Positions 18,591 to 28,330 of a stretch of DNA of 64,000 nucleotides are shown here, piece by piece; position 1 is the stretch's first letter; every line of letters starts with the position of its first letter. Both the position numbers and the translations under genes were made by a program. The notes beneath the pieces are model-generated. The model was not told where the DNA came from and did no database searches. It worked only from the letters and a program-made list of their open reading frames with translations. Source of the stretch: Patescibacteria group bacterium (lineage in GTDB: Bacteria > Patescibacteriota > UBA1384 > DATEAH01); NCBI GenBank assembly GCA_035288465.1, contig DATEAH010000007.1:2090-66089 (forward strand). The letters are read 5' to 3'.

Positions 18591-21023
18591 TTATTCTCGA
18601 GTCACTCTCCAAACTTCTTCAACAGTGGTAATACCATCAAGCGCTTTTAAAATCCCATCTTGTTTCATGGTGATCATACCTTCGGAAATCGCTTTGGTGG
18701 CTAATTCTTGGGAGGAAACTTTTTTCAAGATTAAATTTCTCATCGGTTCAGTTAAAGCAAAGACTTCAAAAATTCCAACCCGTCCTTTATAGCCGATATT
18801 ATTGCACGCTGTGCAACCTTTGCCTTTATAAAAGACCATCTCGCGATTATCAAGCTCCTTTTTTTCTTTCTCGGGGAGCTTGGCTAATTCTTGTTTAATT
18901 TCAGTAAGAATTTCATCGGCAATAGGTTCTTTTTGTTTGCAATGTTCGCAGACTTTACGAGTTAATCGTTGAGCCACAACAGTATTAACCGAAGAAGTGA
19001 CTAAAAATGGTTCAACGCCCATATCAATCATACGAGGCACCGCTCCAGCGGCGTCATTAGTATGAAGAGTTGAGAGCACCACGTGGCCAGTTAAAGCCGC
19101 ATGGACAGCCATTTCGGCGGTTTCGAGATCGCGAATTTCACCAACCATAATAATATCCGGATCTTGTCTGACAATTGAACGTAAGCCTTTCGCAAAAGTA
19201 AAACCGATGTCAGTCCGCACCTGACCTTGGTTAATACCCTTAATCTGATATTCAACCGGGTCTTCAAGGGTAATAATATTAACACCTTCTTTGTTTAATT
19301 TGCCTAAGACGGCATATAAAGTAGTGCTTTTACCAGAACCGGTCGGTCCAGTCACTAAAATCATCCCATGTGATTTACTAATGGCATCGTTTAAACGGGA
19401 GAAAGCTTCGCCACGAAAACCCAATTCCTCTAAAGTTAACACGCCACCCGATTTATCTAAAATACGCATGACCGCCTTTTCGCCATAAACAGTGGGAAAA
19501 ACACTTAACCTAAAATCAATTTTACGTTTATTAACCGTGAGTCCAAAACGACCGTCTTGCGGAAGTCGAGTTTCGTCAATTTTTAAATTTCCTAAGATTT
19601 TAATACGAGAAATAACGGCTGGTTGTATCGATTTTGGCAAGGAAACTACCTCTTGAAGCACGCCATCAATTCTAAATCTAACGATGACTTCTTTTTCATA
19701 AGGTTCAATATGAATATCTGAAGCTTCGGATAAGACGGCGCGTTTGAGAATTGATTGGACGGCTCGTGAAGTTGGTGCTTCAGCTTTGGCAATATCTTCT
19801 TCTTGGTCTTCTTTTGTTTTAGTTTCTTTCTCTGGAGTCGCTTTTTTAATTTCTTGAGCTATTTCAGATTCAAATTCTGAATATTGTTCCAAAACATGAC
19901 CAATATCTTCTTGGGTCGCTAAGGCTGGTTTGATTTCTGCACCGGTTTTTTTCTTGATAAATTCGATGGCTTGATAATCTTCGGGATCAACCATAGCGAC
20001 GATTAATTTGCCATTTTTTTCTTCAACCGGAATCGCTTGATAAAGCCTGGCGATATATTCTGGAATTTTGGCTAAAATTTCTTTGGGAATTTTATGGCTT
20101 CGAAGATCAACATAGCTAATATCATTTTTTGGTTTTGCAGTTTCGGATAAAGTCGCGGTAATTTCCTTGCGGGCGTTTTTAAAAACATTGGCTTGATTAG
20201 GGTTTTGAGCTGCAAGATTGTTGGGGTTAGGAGCGGTTTTTGCAGCTGGATTTGTTGGAACTGGAGTTAAAGTTGTGGGCTCTTTTTTGGGACCAGCAAT
20301 TGGAGCGGTTTTTACAGGTTCTATTGGTTTTTCAGATTTTGTTGGGGTTGGTTTTTCTGAAGCATCAAGGGTGGGAGAAGAGGTCCTGGAAGCTGATTTT
20401 TTGCCAAATAAAAAACCGAAAAAGGATTTTTTAGTGGACGGAGTTGGCGAAGGAGCAACTGGTTTAGACTCAGGTTTAGGCGAAGGGGTAGGAATAGTAG
20501 TGCTTGGACTATCAGGGGTAGGTTTTATTTTTGTACCATAATTAATTTGTGAACCAGATTTGAGAAATGATGAAGAAGGTTGATTTTGTGGGGTAGTTTT
20601 TGCTGCCAGAGAAGCGGGCGCAGAGGTAGTGTGGCTAGAAATTTTTTCAATAGGTTCAGTTTTGGCGGGTCTTTGGATTGGAATAATTTGTTCACCAGAA
20701 ATAGGTGCCAACTCTGGTTCAGTTTTAGCAGCTTGCGTTTTGGGTTCAGTATAATCTTTGCCAATCGATTTTTTGAGCGTATAGCTGGTATTAAATGAAG
20801 GTTTCTTTTTATTTGCCGTAGGCTGGGGGTTTTGTTGGGGATCGATGTTTTTATTAGAGATCGCACTCGGCGAGAAAGCCCCCAAATTAGAAATTAAAAC
20901 TTTATTGCCTTGTGCTAATTGCGAGGTCACGACATTAATAAAAGTTCTTACGAATAATTCCGTTTTTTTCACAGGTAAATTTGAATTTGTCGCTAATAAT
21001 CTCACAAATTCTTTTCTGAGCAT
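18591..21023 (-). CDS. pilB: type IV pilus assembly ATPase PilB/GspE with N-terminal HU-like domain and long Pro/Thr/Ser linker
   Basis: ASDIHIEP, RLPQDG, Walker A GPTGSGKST, TLEDPVE, RQDPDIIMVGEIRD, HTNDA, CxxC...CxxC. Confidence 0.95.
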   Translation of the reverse strand: MLRKEFVRLLATNSNLPVKKTELFVRTFINVVTSQLAQGNKVLISNLGAFSPSAISNKNIDPQQNPQPTANKKKPSFNTSYTLKKSIGKDYTEPKTQAAKTEPELAPISGEQIIPIQRPAKTEPIEKISSHTTSAPASLAAKTTPQNQPSSSFLKSGSQINYGTKIKPTPDSPSTTIPTPSPKPESKPVAPSPTPSTKKSFFGFLFGKKSASRTSSPTLDASEKPTPTKSEKPIEPVKTAPIAGPKKEPTTLTPVPTNPAAKTAPNPNNLAAQNPNQANVFKNARKEITATLSETAKPKNDISYVDLRSHKIPKEILAKIPEYIARLYQAIPVEEKNGKLIVAMVDPEDYQAIEFIKKKTGAEIKPALATQEDIGHVLEQYSEFESEIAQEIKKATPEKETKTKEDQEEDIAKAEAPTSRAVQSILKRAVLSEASDIHIEPYEKEVIVRFRIDGVLQEVVSLPKSIQPAVISRIKILGNLKIDETRLPQDGRFGLTVNKRKIDFRLSVFPTVYGEKAVMRILDKSGGVLTLEELGFRGEAFSRLNDAISKSHGMILVTGPTGSGKSTTLYAVLGKLNKEGVNIITLEDPVEYQIKGINQGQVRTDIGFTFAKGLRSIVRQDPDIIMVGEIRDLETAEMAVHAALTGHVVLSTLHTNDAAGAVPRMIDMGVEPFLVTSSVNTVVAQRLTRKVCEHCKQKEPIADEILTEIKQELAKLPEKEKKELDNREMVFYKGKGCTACNNIGYKGRVGIFEVFALTEPMRNLILKKVSSQELATKAISEGMITMKQDGILKALDGITTVEEVWRVTRE

Positions 21024-21156
21024 TAAAAAACCCTCCTTTTTATTCTTTTATCTCAAATTTCAGTTTGGAATTAGTTTTATATTAAAATAAAACTATAAAG
21101 ACGGGATTTCAGTTTATCCGCAATGCAGATCTCTAATTGTTTGAGCATCTATTTTA

Positions 21157-21185
21157 ATCGTACTATTTCCATAATTTGTTGTCAA
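21157..21185 (-). promoter_or_regulatory. promoter of the pil operon
   Basis: minus strand TTGACA, 17 bp spacer, TACGAT. Confidence 0.55.
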
Positions 21186-21292
21186 ATCTTGGCATTTTTT
21201 CAATAATAGTTTAAGATAAAAAGAGACAAAACAAAAATTAAAATATTAAATTTATTTCTATAAAACATAAATTTCAACAGATGAGGGGCAAG

Positions 21293-22870
21293 ATGCTTCC
21301 TATTTCTTTGTATCGTAAATGGAGACCACAGCGGTTTGAAGAGGTCGTGAACCAAGCGCCAGTGGTAAAAACTCTCGCTGGCGCAATTCGCCATGGCCAT
21401 ATTTCGCATGCTTATTTATTTGCTGGGCCTCGCGGGACTGGCAAAACCACGATTGCGAGGTTATTGGCTAAGGCCGTTAATTGTGAAAATAATAAAAGTT
21501 TCGAGCCGTGCAACAGATGCCAGTCGTGTCTTGAAATAAGTGAGTCTAGGTCATTGGATATTTTTGAAATTGACGCAGCTTCGCATCGCGGCATTGATAA
21601 AATTAGAGATTTGATTGAAAAAATTAAATTTACACCCGCCCGGGCGCGATATAAGGTATTTGTCATTGATGAAGTCCATATGTTAACTCGCGAAGCGTTT
21701 AACGCCCTGCTAAAAACACTCGAAGAACCGCCAGTGCACGCGATCTTTATTTTGGCAACCACAGAGGCTTACAAGATACCACCAACCATTCTTTCACGTT
21801 GTCAACGTTTTGATTTTAAAAGATTATCAGTTTTACAAATTTCCCAGCAACTCGAAAAAATCGCCAAAACTGAAAAAATCAAAATTGAAGCCGGAGGTAC
21901 GGAGTTATTAGCACAAAATTCTGAAGGATCATTGCGTGATGCCATTGGTTTTTTGGATCAGCTTCGGGCAATGACCAAAAGCAATATCACTTTAGCAGAC
22001 ATTGAATATGTATTGGGTTTGACTTCGCAAAAATCAGTCCTGAGGTTAATGGATTTAATTTTTAAAAACTCTTTAAAGGAAGCGGTTGAATTGGTGAATA
22101 AAATTTTTAGCAAAGGCTATGAATTGCCGCAATTTGCCAATGCCGTGATTGAAGAATTAAGAAAATTAGTCTTAGCTAAAAGTGGTTTGGAATTTTCTTT
22201 TTTAGGCTTAGACGAGGATGAAGAAGCTAAGTTTTCCAAATGGCAAGATCGAGTTAGCCTAAAAAGATTACTAGAAATCATCAAAGCTTTTCGTGGCGTG
22301 GAGGATTATTTAAAAACTGTCTCGCAACCACCACTGGCCCTCGAAATGGTTTTAGTGGAATTAATCGTGCCAAACCTTGAAAAAGACGGAGAAACAAGAT
22401 TTCAGGACAAAATTGTAAAGCCGAGTGTAGATTCGCCAAAATCTGACACATCAAAAAGTAGTTCATCTAAATCAAATTTAAAAATCGAGCACCCAAAACA
22501 GAATCTCAAAACCGAGAATCCTCAAGAAATGACGAAATTTATCGAACTTTGGGCGGAAATTTGTGAAAAAGTTAAAGAGGAAAATAGCTCTTTAGCCTCG
22601 TTTTTGAAAATGTGCGTGCCATTGCAAATTTTAGATGATAAAATAATTATTGGAGCAAAATTTAAATTATATATTGATAAAATTCACGAAAAAAAGGTCT
22701 TAGTTGAAAAAGTGATCGAGGCTGTTTTTGGCCAAGGATATGAATTATCGTGTGAAAAAGTGACTGATCAAAACAAAGACCAATTTCAGCAAAATTCAGA
22801 TAAATTACGGGAAGCGGAAGAGCAGCTCGAAGAAAAATTAGCCCAAGAAGCGCGTCAAGTTTTTGAGTAA
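21293..22870 (+). CDS. dnaX: DNA polymerase III subunit gamma/tau
   Basis: LYRKWRPQRFEEVV, GPRGTGKTT, EIDAAS, IDEVHML, TILSRCQ. Confidence 0.97.
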   Translation: MLPISLYRKWRPQRFEEVVNQAPVVKTLAGAIRHGHISHAYLFAGPRGTGKTTIARLLAKAVNCENNKSFEPCNRCQSCLEISESRSLDIFEIDAASHRGIDKIRDLIEKIKFTPARARYKVFVIDEVHMLTREAFNALLKTLEEPPVHAIFILATTEAYKIPPTILSRCQRFDFKRLSVLQISQQLEKIAKTEKIKIEAGGTELLAQNSEGSLRDAIGFLDQLRAMTKSNITLADIEYVLGLTSQKSVLRLMDLIFKNSLKEAVELVNKIFSKGYELPQFANAVIEELRKLVLAKSGLEFSFLGLDEDEEAKFSKWQDRVSLKRLLEIIKAFRGVEDYLKTVSQPPLALEMVLVELIVPNLEKDGETRFQDKIVKPSVDSPKSDTSKSSSSKSNLKIEHPKQNLKTENPQEMTKFIELWAEICEKVKEENSSLASFLKMCVPLQILDDKIIIGAKFKLYIDKIHEKKVLVEKVIEAVFGQGYELSCEKVTDQNKDQFQQNSDKLREAEEQLEEKLAQEARQVFE

Positions 22871-22893
22871 TAAATAATTTTAAAGAGGATTAA

Positions 22894-24297
22894 GTGGCGA
22901 GAAAACGCAACCGCACCACCCATGCCAAAAAATTTGATCAAATGGCGGATATTGTCGGCAAATTGCCACCACAAAACATTGAAGCTGAAAAATCGCTTTT
23001 AGGTTCTCTATTGATTGATAAAGACGCGATTATAAAAGTGGCGGATATTTTAAAGGTTGAAGATTTTTATCGGGAAACGCACGGCCAAATTTATGGGGCA
23101 ATGCTGGGTTTGTATGATAAAAAAATGCCAATTGATTTAATTACTTTGACTGATATTTTAGAGAAATTAAAAATTTTAGAAGAAGTTGGCGGGGCAAGCT
23201 ATTTAGCCACCTTAGCAAATTCCGTACCCACTGCCAGCCACGTGGTTTATTATGCCAATATCATTAGCCAAAAAGGAATTTTAAGAAGGCTTATTGAAGC
23301 TGCGCAAAATATTGCCCAGTTAGGTTATGAAGAATCTGAAGATGTTGATGCAGTTTTAGATAGCTCAGAGAGAATTTTGTTTGATGTCACCCAAAAATTT
23401 TTAAAGCAAGAATTTGTTTCCATGAAAGATGTTTTATCTGATACTTTTGAGAGGATTGATAAGCTTCACAAAGAAAAAGGCAAAATGCGGGGTGTACCGA
23501 CTGGTTTTGACGGCTTGGATAATATTTTGGCTGGTTTGCAGCCTTCTGATTTTATTGTTTTAGCTTCCAGACCTTCGATGGGAAAAACTACCCTAGCTTT
23601 AAATATGGCCGCACATGTGGCAATTAAATTAAAAATTCCGACCGGAATTTTTTCTCTGGAAATGAGCAAAGAACAATTAGTTGACCGAATGCTTTGTACG
23701 CAGGCGGGCGTGGATTCGTGGAAATTACGGACCGGCAATCTTGATGATGAAGATTTTCCGAAAATTGGTTATGCAATGGGGGTCTTGTCTGAGGCGCCTT
23801 TGTATATTGACGACGCACCGGTTTTAAACTCGATGGAAATTCGCACCAGAGCTCGAAAATTAAAAGCGGAACATGGTTTAGGTTTGATAGTAATTGATTA
23901 TTTACAGCTAATCCAAGGTCGAAGTTTTACAGGTGATCAAAACCGTGTCCAAGAAATTTCTGAAGTGAGCCGTTCCTTGAAAGCCTTGGCTCGGGAATTA
24001 AACATTCCAGTTTTAACCTGCTCACAACTTTCAAGAGCCGTGGAAATGAGGCCGAATCACCAGCCGCAATTAGCTGATTTACGAGAGTCAGGTTCAATTG
24101 AACAAGATGCAGACGTGGTGATGTTTATTTATCGGGAAGATTATTATGACAAAGACACGGAAAACAAAAATATTGCGCAAATAATGATTAAAAAACATCG
24201 CAATGGCCCAACTGGCGAAATTGAGCTTTATTTTGTACCTGACCAATTAGCTTTTAAGGATTTGGAAAAAAAACGTAAAGTTGAAGCTCGTTCGTAG
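22894..24297 (+). CDS. dnaB: replicative DNA helicase
   Basis: PPQNIEAE, SRPSMGKT, IDYLQL, LRESGSIEQDAD, KHRNGPTG. Confidence 0.97.
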   Translation: MARKRNRTTHAKKFDQMADIVGKLPPQNIEAEKSLLGSLLIDKDAIIKVADILKVEDFYRETHGQIYGAMLGLYDKKMPIDLITLTDILEKLKILEEVGGASYLATLANSVPTASHVVYYANIISQKGILRRLIEAAQNIAQLGYEESEDVDAVLDSSERILFDVTQKFLKQEFVSMKDVLSDTFERIDKLHKEKGKMRGVPTGFDGLDNILAGLQPSDFIVLASRPSMGKTTLALNMAAHVAIKLKIPTGIFSLEMSKEQLVDRMLCTQAGVDSWKLRTGNLDDEDFPKIGYAMGVLSEAPLYIDDAPVLNSMEIRTRARKLKAEHGLGLIVIDYLQLIQGRSFTGDQNRVQEISEVSRSLKALARELNIPVLTCSQLSRAVEMRPNHQPQLADLRESGSIEQDADVVMFIYREDYYDKDTENKNIAQIMIKKHRNGPTGEIELYFVPDQLAFKDLEKKRKVEARS

Positions 24298-24339
24298 AAA
24301 CATTAAATACAGTAGAAGCATTAAATACATAGGAAAGAG

Positions 24340-24951
24340 ATGAAAGATTTTTTTGATGAAAACGTGATTGATTGGCGAACAATTGATGACTACCAAAATG
24401 AGGGAACTTTGGCGGGTTTGTGTATGGCGCTGGCAGAATCTGACAAATTATTAAATTATATTCTCACTCAGCAACATTATTTGGGCAAGAATGTTTATGA
24501 AAAAATCCATGAGGCCAAAGGCCGCTTTTCTGATTTGAAAAATTTAGCGCGGGCGCTTGAAGTAAAAGAGAGTATTTTTGTAGAATATGACCAGGAAGTT
24601 TCCAAAGAAGATATTAAAATGGCTTTAAAATATTACCGTGAGGCGATTTTAGATCTTACCGAGAACAAAAAGCCAGATTCAGGTGCTTTTGAAAGAATTT
24701 CATCCTGGATAAATTATAATTTTATTTTTCATTCAGGTCGATTCAGAAAAGTGGTAATCAGTTTTTTGGTGGCGATTTTCTTATTGATAATTTTAGACGT
24801 AACTCATCCTGGCCAGGCAATCGTGCACTTTTTAACAAGTTTGTTATTTAAAGCTGGAAATTGGTTTTTGGTGGCTGGTGTTTTTGTGGTTGGAATCGTG
24901 ATAATTGTTTTAGGGGTAATTATCTATTTTGAGAAAAAAAACCGAAAATAA
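24340..24951 (+). CDS. hypothetical protein with two C-terminal TM helices
   Basis: 203 aa ORF with AGGAAAG RBS. Confidence 0.7.
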   Translation: MKDFFDENVIDWRTIDDYQNEGTLAGLCMALAESDKLLNYILTQQHYLGKNVYEKIHEAKGRFSDLKNLARALEVKESIFVEYDQEVSKEDIKMALKYYREAILDLTENKKPDSGAFERISSWINYNFIFHSGRFRKVVISFLVAIFLLIILDVTHPGQAIVHFLTSLLFKAGNWFLVAGVFVVGIVIIVLGVIIYFEKKNRK

Positions 24952-24962
24952 TAAATTTAGGC

Positions 24963-24971
24963 TGTGGATAA
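24963..24971. promoter_or_regulatory. single consensus DnaA box
   Basis: TGTGGATAA, the reverse complement of TTATCCACA. Confidence 0.35.
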
Positions 24972-24976
24972 CTCAT

Positions 24977-25017
24977 CAAAAATCAAAATGCAAAAATCAA
25001 AATGCAAAATGAAAATT
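24977..25017. repeat. heptamer tandem repeat
   Basis: CAAAAAT CAAAATG CAAAAAT CAAAATG CAAAATG. Confidence 0.8.
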
Positions 25018-25070
25018 AGCAAAAACGAATTCAGTTTTCAAAGAAAATTAAATTAGCCCCCTTTTAGGTC

Positions 25071-25099
25071 TTGACAAAATTAAACCCATGGCATATAAT
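25071..25099 (+). promoter_or_regulatory. consensus sigma70 promoter
   Basis: TTGACA 25071-25076, 17 bp spacer, TATAAT 25094-25099; a second TGGTATAAT follows immediately. Confidence 0.85.
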
Positions 25100-25105
25100 G
25101 GTATA

Positions 25106-25597
25106 ATCTTCAGAAATGAAGATGAAGATTAACAACTAATCTCTACCGAAAATTTTCTGAAATTGCATCGGGTGGAAGAAGACAAGGAGGGCTTTTTAAT
25201 ACCTTAATTCTTCTGCTATACAACACTACAAAATTGCACCTAAAAAAATAAAAATAAAAAATGAGTAGTTGGTACACTTAAGCTGGATAAAAATTATCTT
25301 GCTCAAGCGTACCAACTACCCAAAATAGGGTAGAGATTGGTACAACAGAGGATCGGCACTCGCACCTTCTAAACAAAGGCTTGCAGAGACTGAGTTTTCT
25401 CTGAAGGGCCAATAGGTTTTTCGGGGATCATTAGAAGACTGCAGCCTTCCAAGGCGCGGAACGCGCCAAACATTTTAAAAATAGTGGGCGTTTAGTTCCG
25501 CGCCTATTCTAACACAAAGCTTGAAGAAAATCAAGTCTAAGCGCAGCCCGTCTCACCTTATCGGTGAGCCGAGGTAAAAAGAATAGGCGCTTTTTTT
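25106..25597 (+). ncRNA. candidate structured non-coding RNA or long regulatory leader (~490 nt)
   Basis: perfect promoter, no ORF in the track, several 11-bp helices, ends in a stem followed by T7. Confidence 0.5.
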
Positions 25598-25656
25598 GTT
25601 GCCTCGATAGCAACAATCCCGCACTCCTATCGTTAAGAAAGGAAAATCTGCGGGAT
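25596..25656 (+). repeat. dispersed two-hairpin repeat, copy 3
   Basis: TTGTTGCCTCGATAGCAACAATCCCGCACTCC...GGAAAATCTGCGGGAT. Confidence 0.9.
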
Positions 25657-25744
25657 ATTTGTTGCGAGTCTTTATTTATTCGTAAATTTTTGGTATATTA
25701 ACCACAAGCTGTTTAATCGCCACACAATCCGAGGAGGTACCGAA

Positions 25745-25954
25745 ATGACCAGCAAAGAGTTTAGGCAGATGATTTTTAACCCTAACATTACTGATGTGGA
25801 TTTGGAAGAGCGTTTTTACGGAGTCGAAGTTGAGAGCGAAGAAGATGCACAGCAGCTTTTAGAACTGCTTAGAGAGCATCGCCAAGTTACGATTGATATT
25901 ATTTATGCTAAGAATTTGCCTCTGCCAAGATCTGCTTATGAGCGAGGTTATTGA
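25745..25954 (+). CDS. small acidic hypothetical protein, 69 aa
   Basis: GAGGAGG RBS; followed by a hairpin and T-tract. Confidence 0.7.
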   Translation: MTSKEFRQMIFNPNITDVDLEERFYGVEVESEEDAQQLLELLREHRQVTIDIIYAKNLPLPRSAYERGY

Positions 25955-26046
25955 GAAAAACTATTATTAAATGAGGTGGACCCGTGAACTTTTCCGAGGC
26001 TCTACCTCTTTTTTCTTTGCCTAAAAACTGGTAAAATTAGAAAGCA

Positions 26047-28242
26047 ATGAAAGATATTTTGGGAAATCTCAATCCAGAGCAAAAAGAGGCCGTTCTCACC
26101 ACCGAGGGTCCGGTATTAATAATTGCCGGTGCAGGGTCGGGCAAAACTCGAGTCTTAACCCATCGCATCACTTATTTAATTTATCAAAAAAGAATCAGTC
26201 CTCAGCATATTTTAGCAGTTACTTTTACCAATAAAGCCGCCGCGGAAATGAAAAAAAGAATTGCCAAACTTTTAGGTCGAAATGAAAACGACCATTTTCG
26301 GCTGATGCCGTTTTTAGGTACTTTCCATTCAATTTGCGTGCGAATTTTGCGCGAAGAAGCCAAAACCTTGGGTTTTAAATCGAACTTTGCCATTTTTGAT
26401 ACCGCAGATCAAAAAACCGTGGTCAAAAAAGCGATGGAAAAATTACAAATTGATCCCAAGCAATATGCGCCAGAATTAATTTTAAATATGATTTCAGGGG
26501 CGAAAAATGAACTTTTAACCCCTCAAGATTATGCGAAATACGTGAGCAGTTCTTTTCATGAAATAGTTTTGGCAGTGTATGCTGAATACCAGAGGATCTT
26601 GAAAGATAATCAAGCTTTGGATTTTGATGATTTGATTATGAAAACAGTTTGGTTGTACAAAAAATATCCGGAGATTTTAATTAAATGGCAAAAACGCTTT
26701 CAATATATTTTGGTTGATGAATATCAGGATACGAACCGAGCTCAGTATATGTTGGTGAAATTATTAGCAGCTGAGCATAAAAATATTTGTGTGGTTGGAG
26801 ATGATGCGCAGGCAATATACGGCTGGCGCGGAGCAGATATTCGCAATATTTTGAATTTTGAATCGGATTTTCCTAAGACGAAAATCATTAAATTAGAACA
26901 AAATTATCGTTCGACAAAGAGAATTTTAGCCGCGGCACATGAAATAATTTGTAAAAATGTCGTCAAAAAAGAAAAACAGCTTTGGACGGAAAATGAAGAG
27001 GGTGTGCCAGTGACAATTTTTGAAGCCCAAAATGAAAAAAATGAGGCGGAATTTATTGTCAATGAAATTAAAAGCTTATCTGATGATTCGTCTCCGGTCA
27101 GAACTAGTCAGCTTTCGTTAAAAGATTTTGTGGTTTTATACCGCACCAACGCGCAAAGCCGAGCGATTGAGGAAATTTTTCTAAAATATGGTTTGCCGTA
27201 CCGGATCATTGGCGGGACGAAATTTTATAGCCGTAAAGAGATCAAGGACACGCTAGCATATTTACGTGCGATTTATAATTTAGATGATTTGGTAAGTTTG
27301 GAAAGGATTATTAATTTGCCGCCACGCGGAATTACTCCCAAGACTTGGACACAAATTGTGAGTTTGTTTGAAAAAAATGGCAAGGATTTAGAAAAAGTTA
27401 AGATTGGTCTTGATAAATTGGAAATAATCAATAGTCGGGCGCAGAAAGCGGTCACGAAATTTTTGGAATTAATGGCAATATTGCGCGAAGCAGCTCACAA
27501 ATTAAATATTGAAGAATTGATTGATTTTGTTCTATCTGCCACCAAATATAAAGAATATTTGTTAGACGGTACCATTGAAGCTGAAAGCAGATGGGAAAAT
27601 ATCCAAGAATTAAAATCGGTGACGAAGAATTTTAAAAACATGGCACCCATCGATAGCCTGGGTTCGTTTTTGGAAGAGGTGTCTTTGGTAGCGGAAATTG
27701 ATAATTGGGATCCAAATTCTGAAGCCGTCACCTTAATGACCGCGCATAACGCGAAAGGTTTGGAATTTGCGGTAGTATTTATGGTCGGCATGGAAGAGGG
27801 TTTGTTTCCGCACGCCAACAGTTTGTTGGAACCGGCAGAAATGGAAGAGGAACGGCGCTTATGTTATGTGGGGATGACTCGGGCGAAAAAAAGGCTTTAT
27901 TTGCTTTTTGCCAGATCGCGTTTGTTGTATGGTTCAATTCAAGTTAATTTGCGGTCGCGCTTTTTGGATGATTTGTCCAAAGAATTAATTGATGAAATCA
28001 GCCATGAGCAAATTAAACCGGCGAGCCAATCATCGGAAGGGACGGATGTTTCGGTTGATGATATTAATCAAGACCTTGAAACTAATATTTCTTTTACTGA
28101 TGGTGATCGCATTGAACATGAAGAATTTGGACAAGGTATAATTGTGGAATTGGATGGGGATATCGCGACCGTGGCGTTTGCCGGGGTAGGGGTAAAAAAA
28201 CTATCTTTGAGTATCGCGCCAATTAAAAAACTCAAAAACTAA
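26047..28242 (+). CDS. pcrA: ATP-dependent DNA helicase PcrA/UvrD
   Basis: AGAGSGKT, DEYQDTN, VGDDAQAIYGWRGA, QNYRS, HNAKGLEF, EERRLCYVGMTRA, C-terminal Tudor-like domain. Confidence 0.96.
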   Translation: MKDILGNLNPEQKEAVLTTEGPVLIIAGAGSGKTRVLTHRITYLIYQKRISPQHILAVTFTNKAAAEMKKRIAKLLGRNENDHFRLMPFLGTFHSICVRILREEAKTLGFKSNFAIFDTADQKTVVKKAMEKLQIDPKQYAPELILNMISGAKNELLTPQDYAKYVSSSFHEIVLAVYAEYQRILKDNQALDFDDLIMKTVWLYKKYPEILIKWQKRFQYILVDEYQDTNRAQYMLVKLLAAEHKNICVVGDDAQAIYGWRGADIRNILNFESDFPKTKIIKLEQNYRSTKRILAAAHEIICKNVVKKEKQLWTENEEGVPVTIFEAQNEKNEAEFIVNEIKSLSDDSSPVRTSQLSLKDFVVLYRTNAQSRAIEEIFLKYGLPYRIIGGTKFYSRKEIKDTLAYLRAIYNLDDLVSLERIINLPPRGITPKTWTQIVSLFEKNGKDLEKVKIGLDKLEIINSRAQKAVTKFLELMAILREAAHKLNIEELIDFVLSATKYKEYLLDGTIEAESRWENIQELKSVTKNFKNMAPIDSLGSFLEEVSLVAEIDNWDPNSEAVTLMTAHNAKGLEFAVVFMVGMEEGLFPHANSLLEPAEMEEERRLCYVGMTRAKKRLYLLFARSRLLYGSIQVNLRSRFLDDLSKELIDEISHEQIKPASQSSEGTDVSVDDINQDLETNISFTDGDRIEHEEFGQGIIVELDGDIATVAFAGVGVKKLSLSIAPIKKLKN

Positions 28243-28330
28243 AATTTGACAATTTGGAATGCTTTGCTAAAATCAAACAGGAAAGGAGAGGATTATTCTT
28301 TCTTTTTTAAACCGATATAAATTTGGAATA

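Noticed and set aside
21024-21292. SRP RNA (ffs), often found upstream of dnaX
   Set aside because: AT-rich, with no CAGG..GGAA..AGCAG domain IV motif.
24952-25070. Replication origin
   Set aside because: Only one DnaA box seen and no dnaA or dnaN in the window.
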